64,000 nt of DNA. Origin: Rhizophagus irregularis (Eukaryota). The translations under genes were made by a program, and so were the position numbers. Below, one piece after another: positions 28,262 through 39,190 of the stretch (positions are counted from its first letter, which is position 1; every line of letters starts with the position of its first letter). The notes below the pieces were generated by a model. That model saw nothing but the letters and a program-made list of their open reading frames with translations, ran no database searches and was not told the origin of the DNA. The stretch covers positions 434,001 to 498,000 of the forward strand of contig NC_089435.1 in the NCBI RefSeq assembly GCF_026210795.1, in the 5' to 3' direction.

Positions 28262-28585
28262 TGGTCGGGGAAAGGGAAATGAAAGGGGAATACGAGAGGG
28301 AGAGAGATAGCAAGAGGAAATGGGAATACGAGAGGGAAAGGGTAAAACGAGAAACTGAAAGGACACAAACATACCACCATCCACACACTCACACACAAAC
28401 CACATACAAACATACACACAACAACCCACATACCTATCTAAAGGAAGACATAAAAGAAAAAGGAACCTAAGAATAAAGAGAAGACCAGAAGACCTAGTAG
28501 ACAGAGAGAAAACAGACCTAAAAAAAGAAGAAAAGAAAAAAAAAGACAAAGAAAAAGAAGACAGAGAAAAAAGAAGATCAAACAT
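28262..28585. repeat. Strand-asymmetric low-complexity tract (GA-rich, CA-rich, GA-rich)
   Basis: Very few T on the plus strand; repeated gggaatacgagaggga. Confidence 0.6.
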
Positions 28586-29042
28586 ATTTATATTATTTAA
28601 ATTATATACTCATGACAAACCACATCAAGATTATGTGTTACACGTCATAAGGAATTACGTAAATAACTTTTATTCATATAATATGATTCATATGACTGAT
28701 ATTTAAGTTATTCAGCTCGAAGTGCCGAATAAGTGATTTATCCGGTATCCCGTGATTTGAATATTGCCTGATACACGATTTTGACTAGACGTCTAGTGCA
28801 TAACAATAAGATGCAATAATTATAACATTTTAATTATAAATTTGATTGTTTAATCTTACCTATTTATAACATTAAAAATATGAAAATTTATAATGTAAAT
28901 TGTCAAAAGAATCGGGTAAATATATTATTTAAACTTAGTTTTTTTTCTTTAAATATTACTTTTTTATTTGAAATTTGTAAATTAGAAAAATTAACGGAAG
29001 ACGTAAATATAAAATATACAAAATATTCACATTGAGACTATA

Positions 29043-31084
29043 TTAATATAATCTTTCATAATTATATGTAGTCGCAATAGGTGCAAATTTATTTGGCACT
29101 TGTATGTTTTTTCCAAAATATGCATCGAATAAGTTAGTCATTGAATAAGGAAATGGAACTTCACGTCCAGTTGGTTGAGAAACATCATCAAGTCTTTTCA
29201 TTTGTTCAGGTGTCAATCTAAATGATATTTTTTTTTTTAGTTTGTGATTTATTTTTTTTTAAAAAAAAAAAAAAGATGGAAAAAGGTAATTATGATTCTT
29301 ACTTAAATTCAAGTGATTTAAGATTTTCTTCAAGCTGAGCAACAGTTCTAGCACCAATTAGAGGAGAAGTAATACCGGGTTTTTGTTGAATCCAATTCAA
29401 AGCAATCTATTTATTTTAAAAAAATGTTGTATTATAACTTTTATATAATATTTAGAGATTGAATATAAATTATTAATTACCTGAACGGGAGATCGATTAA
29501 TCTCTTTTGAAATAGCAATAACTTCATCTAAAATTTGCCAATTTTTTTCATCTTTTGAATAGCTTATAATTGATTGATTGCGATAATCGGATTTTAAATT
29601 AACATTTGATTCTCTCGTATATTTTCCGGTAAGAAAACTTTTGTATATATAAAAAAAAAAATATGAATAAATTTAAATATTGAAAATATTGAAGATAAAG
29701 AACTAATGATTTATTACCCATCTGCAACGATACTCCATGGAAGAATTCCAATCTAAAAACTCTTTTTTTAGATATATAGTTCAAGTGAATTATGAGCATG
29801 AATTTAGTTTATAATACATACACCAAGTTCAGCGCAGGCAGGTTGTAGGTCAAATTCTAACGAACGATCCAACAAATTATAACGCGTTTGAAGTCCAATG
29901 AAAGGACTAAACACAATTATTAAATATGCGTTAACTTAAAAAAAACTTATAATTATCTGCAAGTTATTTTATCATTTCGTACCTCCATCCACGTAATTCA
30001 GCCATAGTATTTGCACGAGAGAGTGCCCAAGATGGAATATCACTTACGGCAACGTACAAAACCTATTATTTTTTTGTCCATTTTTTTTTTAATAATATTT
30101 ATAAAAAAATTAAATAAGACAGCAATTCATTTACCTTTCCACTTCGAACTACGTCATCTAATGATCTCATAAATTCTTCAATCGGAGTTCGATACTCGTA
30201 AGCATGAACATATAAAATGTCAACGTAACTCATGTTCAATCGTTTCAAACTCTCGTCCAAATTTTCTACAAGACTCTTTCGATGATTTCCTCCTATATAT
30301 TTGGCAGTTAAGTTTCAACTAATATAAGATATTATATATACTAACTATAAACAACTTACCGAAATTCGGATTGAATCTCTTTTCCTTTTGCATAAAAGTA
30401 TTATTACCTAAAGAAATAAATTTTGAAAAATTATTGGAAATTCAAAAAATTAAATAGAAAAGTTACATAGAAAGCTCAAGATTCGTACATGAATATTTTG
30501 TTGCAATCACAAGTTCGGATTGTTTATCGGATACATAATCTCCAAGGAAGCGTTCACTCTAAATATTTCATTAACAAATATTAATATTGAATCAACAGAA
30601 CTAATATTTAGTATTTTTATTACTTACTTCACCAAAATTATAAATGCAAGCGGTATCTAAAAGATGTCATTAAAATATCCTCATAATAAAAGATTAAGAG
30701 CAACTGCGAAAATAAGAAAAACTTACCAATAAAATTTCCACCTTTTTCATAATAAAGGTCAAAAACTTTTTTCGAATCGTCTTTACTAGTACCTAATCCC
30801 TGTTTATATAATTTTAACATTCAGAAAATTTTTTCTTTTTTGAATCATCAATTAAATTAATTTATAGGTAGGTTACTTACCCATTGTTCTCCAAAAGTCT
30901 TCATACGAAACAATAAAGAATTATAAATATTAAAATTACATTTTCATAATTTAACCAAATTTATAAATAATTTTACCAAAGCACCAAGACATAATGGGGA
31001 AACTCTCAATCCACTACGACCTAATAGAACATAATCATCAAGAGCTTTAGTAGTTTTGACGGGAGAAGTAGAATCTTGAGCCAT
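29043..31084 (-). CDS. Aldo-keto reductase copy 3
   Basis: Same 13-exon structure; shorter loop after GFLTGKY than copies 1-2; catalytic residues present. Confidence 0.88.
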
Positions 31085-31589
31085 TTCTTCGAGGATGAAT
31101 AATTTGATAAAATTTTCAGCTTTGTAGACTGACTAGACTCTCATTATTTATATGTTCAAGATATTTATCATAATGACTGGCTTCTACAACGGTCCGAAGT
31201 TTCAACCTTTTCTATTTAATTTATTATATGACCTCGGAATCTGCATTATTTTGTTTTAACTATCCAAATTTTTTGACCTTTTCCATTATTAGTTTAAAAT
31301 TATGTCTTTTGTCAATCAATAATTTATTTTAACCAAAGATTTCATTGCTATAATAATCTAAATTTATTAATTTATCTGAATCTTTTGTCAATCAATATAA
31401 TTACAAATCAAAGTTTTCGATCTTCTCTATTATTGGTTTAAATTGACATCATATTTTTTTAATTTCCAGCTCTACCGTCAATCCGATTTTATTTAAATTT
31501 AATATTTAATGTTCTGTATATATACATTGCATATACGCAGTAAGATCGGCAAACACAACAAAAAGAAAAAGATTAAAAGATTTAAAACA

Positions 31590-32330
31590 TGAATAATATC
31601 GCAGAAAGATTAGGAGATTGCGGAATTACAATCAAAAAAGTTAAAAGAACGGAAGGTCGAGGATAAAAATGGCAATTCACCAACGAAAAATGGGATGAAA
31701 CAAAGAAAATCAAAAAGTGTCGGGAATGTAATCTAAAAAAGCAAAAGATCGTCAAATCATTAGAGAATGTTCCAGTACCTTCTACAGAGGGTATGCAGAG
31801 AAGTCACGTGATTTACTATTTTACGATATTCCTAAGAAGTGGAATGATAACCATATATACGAAGCACTCTCCAAGATTTGAATTATAGAAACGCCGAGTG
31901 TTAAACAAGTTCACAAATATAAATCAGTGAAATTAGGTTAACACGAGAAGCGGACAAAAATTTCATGCGGACAAAAATTTCATAAATGGAAGAGTTAACC
32001 CCGTGTTGAGTTCAAAGTTTTTGGTACGGTGGTTTAGCAGAAGAATGCCGGCTATTAAAATTATTTTCTTGGCAAAGCAACTCGTAAATTGAATGAACAT
32101 ATTAGTACGAAATACTAGGAAACCAATTGTATAATAAAGTGCGTCAAACTTTACAAAGCCATGTACGGGAAGATAATAAGACCACACGGTTCTTTGTATG
32201 TATTATTATATTTTAGTTAACAATGAAACAAGATGATGGAGACGATTTATAAATTAGCAATGAAAGAAGAATTAGGTTCATCTTTAAAGATAAAGGGCTT
32301 TTGGAACGAACGATAAATACATCTTTAAGG
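31590..32330 (+). pseudogene. Decayed ORF (probably a retroelement ORF1-like relic), duplicated at 44940-45860
   Basis: RDLLFYDIPKKWNDNHIYEALSKI*IIETPSVKQVHKYKSVK...GSLYVLL with stops/frameshifts; homologous copy upstream of AKR copy 5. The family assignment is inference. Confidence 0.45.
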
Positions 32331-32414
32331 GTAGAGGAAATTACGTAATCATTAATTAGTAGATCCATGTCAAAAAATTTTTTTTTAATTATTTCCTAAA
32401 AAAAATAAATAAAA

Positions 32415-33005
32415 AGAATATTAGTAACCCTCCCGAATCAAAAAAAAAAAAACAAACCCACCTTGCAATTCTGAAGCCCAAGTTGGCTTAAGCCTTTCCT
32501 AAAAAAAGAAAGAAAAAGGGAAAAAGGGACGTTAGTAATGTTTCCAAATCAAAAAACAACAAAAAAAATTAAAGAAATAAGGAACATCCACCCATCTTGC
32601 AATTTAAAGTCCAGGTCGAGTTCAAACTGTTCCTAAAAAAAGGTAAAAGGGAACATTAGTAATGTTTCCAAATCAAAAAAACAACAAAAAAAATTAAAGA
32701 AATAAGGAACATCCACCCATCTTGCAATTTAAAGTCCAGGTCGAGTTCAAACTGTTCCTAAAAAAGGTAAAAGGGAACATTAGTAATGTTTCCAAATCAA
32801 AAAAACAACAAAAAAAATTAAAGAAATAAGGAACATCCACCCATCTTGCAATTTAAAGTCCAGGTCGAGTTCAAACTGTTCCTAAAAAAAGGTAAAAGGG
32901 AATATTAGTAATGTTTCCAAATCAAAAAACAACAAAAAAAACCAAAAAGCAGAGTAATAAAATGAAATACCTACCTACTTTGCAATTTTGAAATTTGGGT
33001 TGAAG
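32415..33005. repeat. Tandem repeat, ~123-bp unit, 3 near-identical plus 2 degenerate copies
   Basis: aaaagggaacattagtaatgtttccaaatc...gtccaggtcgagttcaaactgttcct starts at ~32520, 32646, 32768 and 32894. Confidence 0.9.
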
Positions 33006-33249
33006 TTTCTATAAAAAAATGAAAATGGAATATTAGCTGTATTGGCTAACATTCTCAGTTTAAAAAAATAATGTTTCCCTAACCTTCTTAAATACCATTG
33101 TGAGTTATTCTATCAGTTATAAAGTTCCAAAGAGCTACTATTCAACCAAAAAAAGTTTTTTTTACAATAAAAAAAGATCGATGATCATAACAATTATTAA
33201 AATTGGTGCGTTGTCGGTTCATTTTCTCGAAAAAGGGTCAGATAATCTT

Positions 33250-33456
33250 CCCCAGCGTCGCCCCAAGATTTTTCACCCCACGTGACCTGCATAAAATGTC
33301 ACCCCGCGTCACACCTCACCGTTTTCATTTTTTCATAAGTAATTCTGGGGACAGAGAAAATTTTTAGTGGTGAAAAAATATTTTTTCACTCCCCCTTAAA
33401 CATCACCGGTCATGTGGGGTGGAATTTTACTTAGAAATCTTGGGGCGATGCTGGGG
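33250..33456. mobile_element. MITE
   Basis: TIR ccccagcgtcgccccaagattt / aaatcttggggcgatgctgggg; second inner pair ccccacgtgacc/ggtcatgtgggg; no TSD seen. Confidence 0.65.
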
Positions 33457-33469
33457 TAAATGGGTCAGA

Positions 33470-34190
33470 GGGGGATTGGCGTCCCTAGTGTAATGGCCTA
33501 AGGCGTCTACACTCCCTATTGATCTGACCAATCAATAGGACGCAGGTTCAGATCGTCCAGCCAATGATCCTTGCTACAAATATTACTGCGTGCACAGCCA
33601 CCAACTGTGTTGAAGATCCCGTACCTTTAGGGGGAGCTGAAATGATGCCTACCGAATGGTGAGGTGGTAGATGTGATCATTGGTAGACTGGTATGGCGAG
33701 TCCTAGAAATGGTCATTTGACTTCAGATAACCAAGGGATAGTGGCCCCGTACTGCGGTTCCAGCATATCTGATATGCCAGATGGTCCTATGACTCTGTTA
33801 AAGCATCTTGGTACCCGATATAGGCCCCTATGGGGATATAATAGTACGGGCGGGAGTACTAACCACCTATGGTGGTCCACCAATTTGCGTGAGCCTTGGA
33901 TACATTGCAATCGGCTCATACCTAGTGTAGTGTACATGGGCAGCGGGTCCATAAGGACTTTGAATAGAAACGAACTACCATTGCACTACGCCTGGGTACT
34001 GGTATGAGAGCAGATTTAGGGGGTCCACGCTATGCGTGGGTCCTCTAAATCTCTAGAGGCAAGATGACCCCTTCAGGCTTCTCCCGAGAGGTTGGGTTTA
34101 TCATTAGCTTAGAATTAATTGTTCTTTTAGATCATGTTTATTCTTATTTAGCGTTCGAGTCCAGTCGAGTCTATATTTTAAAAATAAAAA
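33470..34190 (+). ncRNA. Putative highly structured non-coding RNA module (SINE-like), unknown family
   Basis: GC-rich, many stems, three C-TAT-G hairpins, Pol III A/B-box-like motifs at 33486-33496 and 33545-33554, own TAAAAA tail; second copy at 14900-15475. Confidence 0.5.
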
Positions 34191-34766
34191 TTTTTTTTTT
34201 TTATTTTATTTTTAAAATATAGACTCGACTGCCGAACGCTAAATAAGAATAAACATGATTTAAAAAAACAATAAATTCTAAGCTAATGATAAACCCAACC
34301 TCTCAGGAGGAGCCTGAAGGGGTCGTCTTGCCTCTTATTCAATAGAACAATCAGGTATAACCGGGAGTCTAGAAAGTACTATCGAATGAAAAAGAAGAAC
34401 TAAAAAAATTAAATTTAAAACAGTCTTACCAAAATTCCAAGAAAAATGAACAAGAAAAATTAATAAAACCCGTATTTTGCTTTCAGCCCTAAGGCTGCCA
34501 CTTGTCAATACTGTCATAAGTGGAGTGGTTCATACTATTCTAAATTGTTTAATATATTTACATATATACATGATGACGTAGGGGTAAGTTAGACGCCAAA
34601 ATGTGTAATGTAAATTATAAAGTAGGAAAAAATGTTATAAGACTCATTACATGGAAAATATACATATATAAAGAAAACAAAAAAAACTAATTTAATTAGA
34701 ATTAAGACTAGTAAATAGGGAGTCAGGTAAATAACTATTCGCTGGTCTTGGTCTTTTATTGTCGTG

Positions 34767-36290
34767 TCATTGTGATGAAGCGGAAGAATTGGTCAACGTA
34801 TCCCTCTTGTTAGGTCGGTATTCCACTGTTTTAGTTTCATCTGATGTGTATGAAGGAGAACCAAAAAGGTCTGTATGGTAATCAGGCGGGTAGTAAGGCC
34901 GAGGAGCGTACGGTTTGCTCATAAAGTCTTCATAATCTTGATGCTTTTCCATCCATTTCTTCCACTTGTGATGCTGTTTCTTTTTGGAAGGTTTTGGAGG
35001 TGGTGGAGGTTGTTTCATATACTTATGGTAGTCTTTAGTCCAGACCGTAATTTGTCGAGTCAACATTGCTCGACGATAATAATGTTTGAGTGTAGTACCT
35101 ATAGCGTTAGCGGTGGATGAATCGTAATCTAAAGGATTAGATTGACGTATTTCGATACTGGGAGGTAAATCGGGTTGAATAGGGTTGTATTGTAAGTGAT
35201 AACTACTGTCCACTTTTGACGGGTCTACGGGGTTATAACCGTAATAAACAGGAGTACGTTTAAGTGGTTCTAAAGAGCCACCGAGCACCGCAATTTCTTC
35301 AGCATTCAAATAATGGGGGATTGTATTGGCACCAGAAGGCCTATATGATGTCGAAGGTTGTGAACCAACTATAGGCGTAATACTGGAATTCTTCAGCGAA
35401 TGGTAAGGTATGTTAAATGTATAGTCATCGGGATCAGGTAAAAATTTTCCTATTGAAAAACGTTTGAATTTCAGGTGGTGAAGAGGTGAGTAAATGTGTT
35501 GAGATTCATGGAATAGGAAGCGAAAACGTCTCCCTGCTGCGAGTTTATCTTCTTTCATAGTGCGGGATGTAGGGTTAATATTTTTAAACACCCGTGCACA
35601 ATGTCTCTTAAAGCGGGTTTCCTGTTTGCGTTTCGTTACAGGGTTACTGCTGAGGTCGAAGCTGAAATTCGAAAGGTGTTTCCTATAAATGTAGGCGCCT
35701 GGGTGCTTTCGCACGAAATTACTACTGTTGGCTGCATAACATACATTGTATCGAATACCAAGACGATTGGAAAAAATATCATTTTTCCATCGATGTTGCC
35801 AAAGATCATATACATGATTTGCGTGTGAAGATTTTGAATTTATAAATCCTGGGTCTGAATCAGGCACAGGTTTCAGATGGTGGTTGATTTCTGTTCTCGA
35901 GAATTCAGATTGATGAGTACCACAAGCACGTCTATTTAAAGACATGACGAAAGGGCTCGGGCTATGACACCAGGTGAAAGGGTTTAATGAACCAGGTGCG
36001 CAAGCATGTTCACAAGGAATGTAAATGCCAAAGTGGAAGCGATAGCGCTTATAAGAAAACGAGAAGAAAGTGCGGGTAATGGAGTTCTTCAAAGTTCTTT
36101 TAGAAGCACGTGACTTGATAAAGTTAATTTGTTCCAATAATTTCCGGCGAATCAAATCAAAATACTTTTGTTGAATACGTCGAGGTAAAACTTTTTGTAA
36201 AATAAAAAAGTGTGTGAGCATTTTACTAATTTGATATTTTGTGTTAGGCAAATAACTTGTGGATGTGTATCGAATAGGCGTAGAATCCAT
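34767..36290 (-). CDS. Intronless 507-aa basic protein of unknown function carried by the composite element
   Basis: Uninterrupted ORF, GC richer than host genes; Cys/His cluster (CEHAC...CH...CGTH), Arg/Lys-rich, Pro-rich C-terminus; no RT, endonuclease or transposase motif recognised. Confidence 0.75.
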   Translation of the reverse strand: MDSTPIRYTSTSYLPNTKYQISKMLTHFFILQKVLPRRIQQKYFDLIRRKLLEQINFIKSRASKRTLKNSITRTFFSFSYKRYRFHFGIYIPCEHACAPGSLNPFTWCHSPSPFVMSLNRRACGTHQSEFSRTEINHHLKPVPDSDPGFINSKSSHANHVYDLWQHRWKNDIFSNRLGIRYNVCYAANSSNFVRKHPGAYIYRKHLSNFSFDLSSNPVTKRKQETRFKRHCARVFKNINPTSRTMKEDKLAAGRRFRFLFHESQHIYSPLHHLKFKRFSIGKFLPDPDDYTFNIPYHSLKNSSITPIVGSQPSTSYRPSGANTIPHYLNAEEIAVLGGSLEPLKRTPVYYGYNPVDPSKVDSSYHLQYNPIQPDLPPSIEIRQSNPLDYDSSTANAIGTTLKHYYRRAMLTRQITVWTKDYHKYMKQPPPPPKPSKKKQHHKWKKWMEKHQDYEDFMSKPYAPRPYYPPDYHTDLFGSPSYTSDETKTVEYRPNKRDTLTNSSASSQ

Positions 36291-37441
36291 GTGATAATCA
36301 TTGGTGTGTAAAAATAAATGAAGATTATTGGTGTCCGAGAAAGGATCAGCAAGCTCAAAAAAGAAACTTTTTGAGCGCCTAAATTCATAAATCTTGTTAT
36401 AACCGGTTCAGCGTTTAGTCATCACGTGAAATTTTTTCACAGAGACAAGGAAAGTATTTTCATGAGTATTGGACGTATTATTAAACGTTTTTAAGGGAAA
36501 AGGTAAAGGTAAAATAGTCTGGTCGTTATGAACAGACTGAAGTGGAACAGGTATATCTTCTGTATCCATATCTCTCAGAGGTCAAGGGTAATAAAAGGAG
36601 ACCTTTCCGTAGAGGCCACCGAGTGGTCCTCGCTCCTTACAAAAAATATAAGTATTTGTGAAAAAAAAGGTATATTACTGCGGTTTTTTAACAAAAAAAA
36701 ACGGAAAGGGGAGAGAGTTTTTTTTCTTAAAAATAAAAATAAAAATAAAAATAAAAATAAATGGGTCAGATACGAACGGTCACGTGACTCCGGACGAAGT
36801 GCTTGACGTCATTAATGATTTCAGGAAAAAAGGAAAAACTGGAGAAGTACCAATTTCCGTGATTCTATATAATAAGGTGAATCAAGCTTGTTCATTGCAT
36901 CTGCCTGAAATTAAAAAAGAAGAAATTTCAGAAGAAAAAATTGGCCACAAGCGATGTAGCAAGGAATAATTGAGTAGGGTCAGTTAGTAGTGATGAAACT
37001 GATGGGGAGAGTGAATCAGAAAATATTGCTACAGTAGTGGCGAAAAAAGAAAAATCTGCTCAAGGAGGGAAAGGTAAAAAAGGTGGGAATCAAAGAAAAA
37101 GAATAAGAAAAAGTGATAAATTTGTTAGTAAAGTATCTATCGCTAGTGATAGTAGGTATTAGCGTAGATTTTAATTAAAAATTAAAATTATAAATAGCTA
37201 GTACGTTTTGGTAGTCTTAGTTTGTTTAGTTTTATTTTATTTTTATTTTTTTTAACAGGTTTTTAGATAGATACTTTATTAGGAGATGCATGTCGTCTAA
37301 ATTATGCAATAATTGTTATAATAATAATAAAGTTTTTAAAAAAAAAATTATTAAAATTGGATCGACCTCAGCAAAATTATTTTCCGTGATGATCACATGA
37401 TGACTTAGGGAATCAGAGTTGTTATCTATATAAATAAATAT

Positions 37442-38000
37442 CTTTACTGAGTCCGGTCCGACGATCTTTCTGCCAGTCATGTCAATTTTTAGCACAGTCA
37501 TATGAATTTTGATGCAGACCGAATTTAAACTTTGATCGGACTTCGCTACCATTGGACTGAGTTAACTGAGTCCTGTGATTTTGATCAATCAGACCGAATT
37601 AAATCTACATGACCGATCTACATTTTATTTTATTTTTTTTTGTATTAATTGTAGATTTAAATAAACATTTTTTATACAATAAAATGTTTAAAAACTTATA
37701 ACAAAAATCAATTGCATCTTAATTTATTGAAACAAGAGGTTCCTAGCAATTTATATATACTATATCATCTAAAACCATTATCTCATTAAATATTTAATAT
37801 AGTAGTAAAAAAAAAAATTTTTTAATAACTCATTATAAAGCAAAAAAAACCGTGTAGATCAAGCTTTATAATCAAGTAATTTTTAGCGAATCACTAGACC
37901 ACATGGTCCGATCTCCGATGATCTGGACCCAAATTCACATGACTGTGCTAAAAATTGACGTGACTGGACGCAGAAAGATCATTGGACCGACACCGTAAGG
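37442..38000. mobile_element. MITE with ~70-bp TIRs
   Basis: cggtccgacgatctttctg..cagtcatgtcaatttttagcacagtcat vs atgactgtgctaaaaattgacgtgactgg..cagaaagatcattggaccg. Confidence 0.75.
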
Positions 38001-38018
38001 CATAATCTTCTCTATATT

Positions 38019-38170
38019 GGTGTAGTTAGCCGAAAGATAATTACCGCAACGTGATCCGGACCTGGCTCGGGCTTAGATCGTCGTGGAATTCCAGGGGATT
38101 TTCTGCGATTAAACCGGGTCCGGATGATCAGCAATCAGGAATTCAGCTCCGTTTTTCGGCTAACTACACC
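38019..38170. mobile_element. PIF/Harbinger-like MITE
   Basis: TIR ggtgtagttagccgaaa / tttcggctaactacacc; 3-bp flanking repeat att. Confidence 0.7.
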
Positions 38171-39190
38171 ATTACATCACTAATCAATATTGCACAAATA
38201 CTTAAATTTCTCAAAATTTATGCAGTATAGTTAACAATATTATATATGTAATTTTTTGTACAAATTTTTTACAATATATCACAGAAAATTACTCAATATA
38301 CATATTATATATATTTAATATGCAAATAATGTGCATTTTCAGGGTGTGCAAATCAGTTTTTTCATGCACGAAATTTTGCATATTTTCTACACAAAAAATT
38401 TCCTGATGAATATATCATCATCACTGCAATAAAAATGTTCAAGCTAAATTGGAATGCCAGAATCGATAAATAAAAAAAAGAAAATTATTTTTCTCAATGC
38501 TGGCATACCAATATCTACGAATGAAAAAAGTATTATTTTTTTTTTCATTAAATCGGCCATAAATAATAAAAAAATTTTTTTTTTTATTACTAAATCGAAA
38601 TGCCAGAACGGCAGAACCTGACAACAAAAAGACGTTTTTGTTTATTAAAATCAAAAATGCTGATATCTAAAATAACAAATAAAAAAATTCTCAAAAGAAT
38701 TTTTTTCTTCAATATCAGAATCTACAAATAGAGAAAAAGTTTATGTCTAATAGAGAATTCTCAATACTGGAACTTGCAATAGAAAAAATAAACTTTTTTT
38801 AAAAGTTTTCTCTTTTTCATATATCCAGAAGAGGATTCTCAATACTGGGAATTTGCAATAGGGAAAAAAAAAAATTTTTAAATTTTTCTCAATACTGGAC
38901 TTAATGAAATTAAAAAGACAAGCAAAAATGCCTTGCATACAAATATAGATAATGTTTTTTCAATACCAGAATGCTAGAATTTATAAATACTAAAGTAATT
39001 TTTTAAAGAAGGAGCCGATTTGAACGTATAAACCAAAATTTATTAATAAATAATGTTATACTATACAAATATAGATGATCAATGGATAACTCCCCATGGA
39101 AACTTGCCTCTTGTTTTTACTTGTAAATTAGAAAAAAATTAACTTAAGACGTAAATATAAAATATACAAAATATTCACATTGATACTATA

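Larger units (their letters stand above)
33470..36757 (+). mobile_element. Composite 3.3-kb retro-type (TPRT-like) insertion
   Basis: Perfect 13-bp TSD taaatgggtcaga (33457-33469, 36758-36770); (TAAAAA)5 tail at 36728-36757; contains the RNA module, the palindrome and the antisense ORF. Confidence 0.8.

Noticed and set aside
32415..33005. CRISPR-like array
   Set aside because: Whole units are repeated with no unique spacers; eukaryotic context; no cas genes.
33470..33570. tRNA gene or hammerhead ribozyme
   Set aside because: Only A/B-box-like motifs, no cloverleaf; no CUGAnGA hammerhead core found by eye on either strand of the module.
33693..34007. ORFs in the GC-rich module (104/79 aa here; 122/78 aa at 14993-15401)
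   Set aside because: A 2-bp indel between the copies breaks the frame, the C-termini differ and ORFs occur on both strands; better explained by GC content.
36528..36969. ORFs crossing the element's 3' tail
   Set aside because: They read through (TAAAAA)n; the part after 36770 looks like a frameshifted relic that served as the insertion target.
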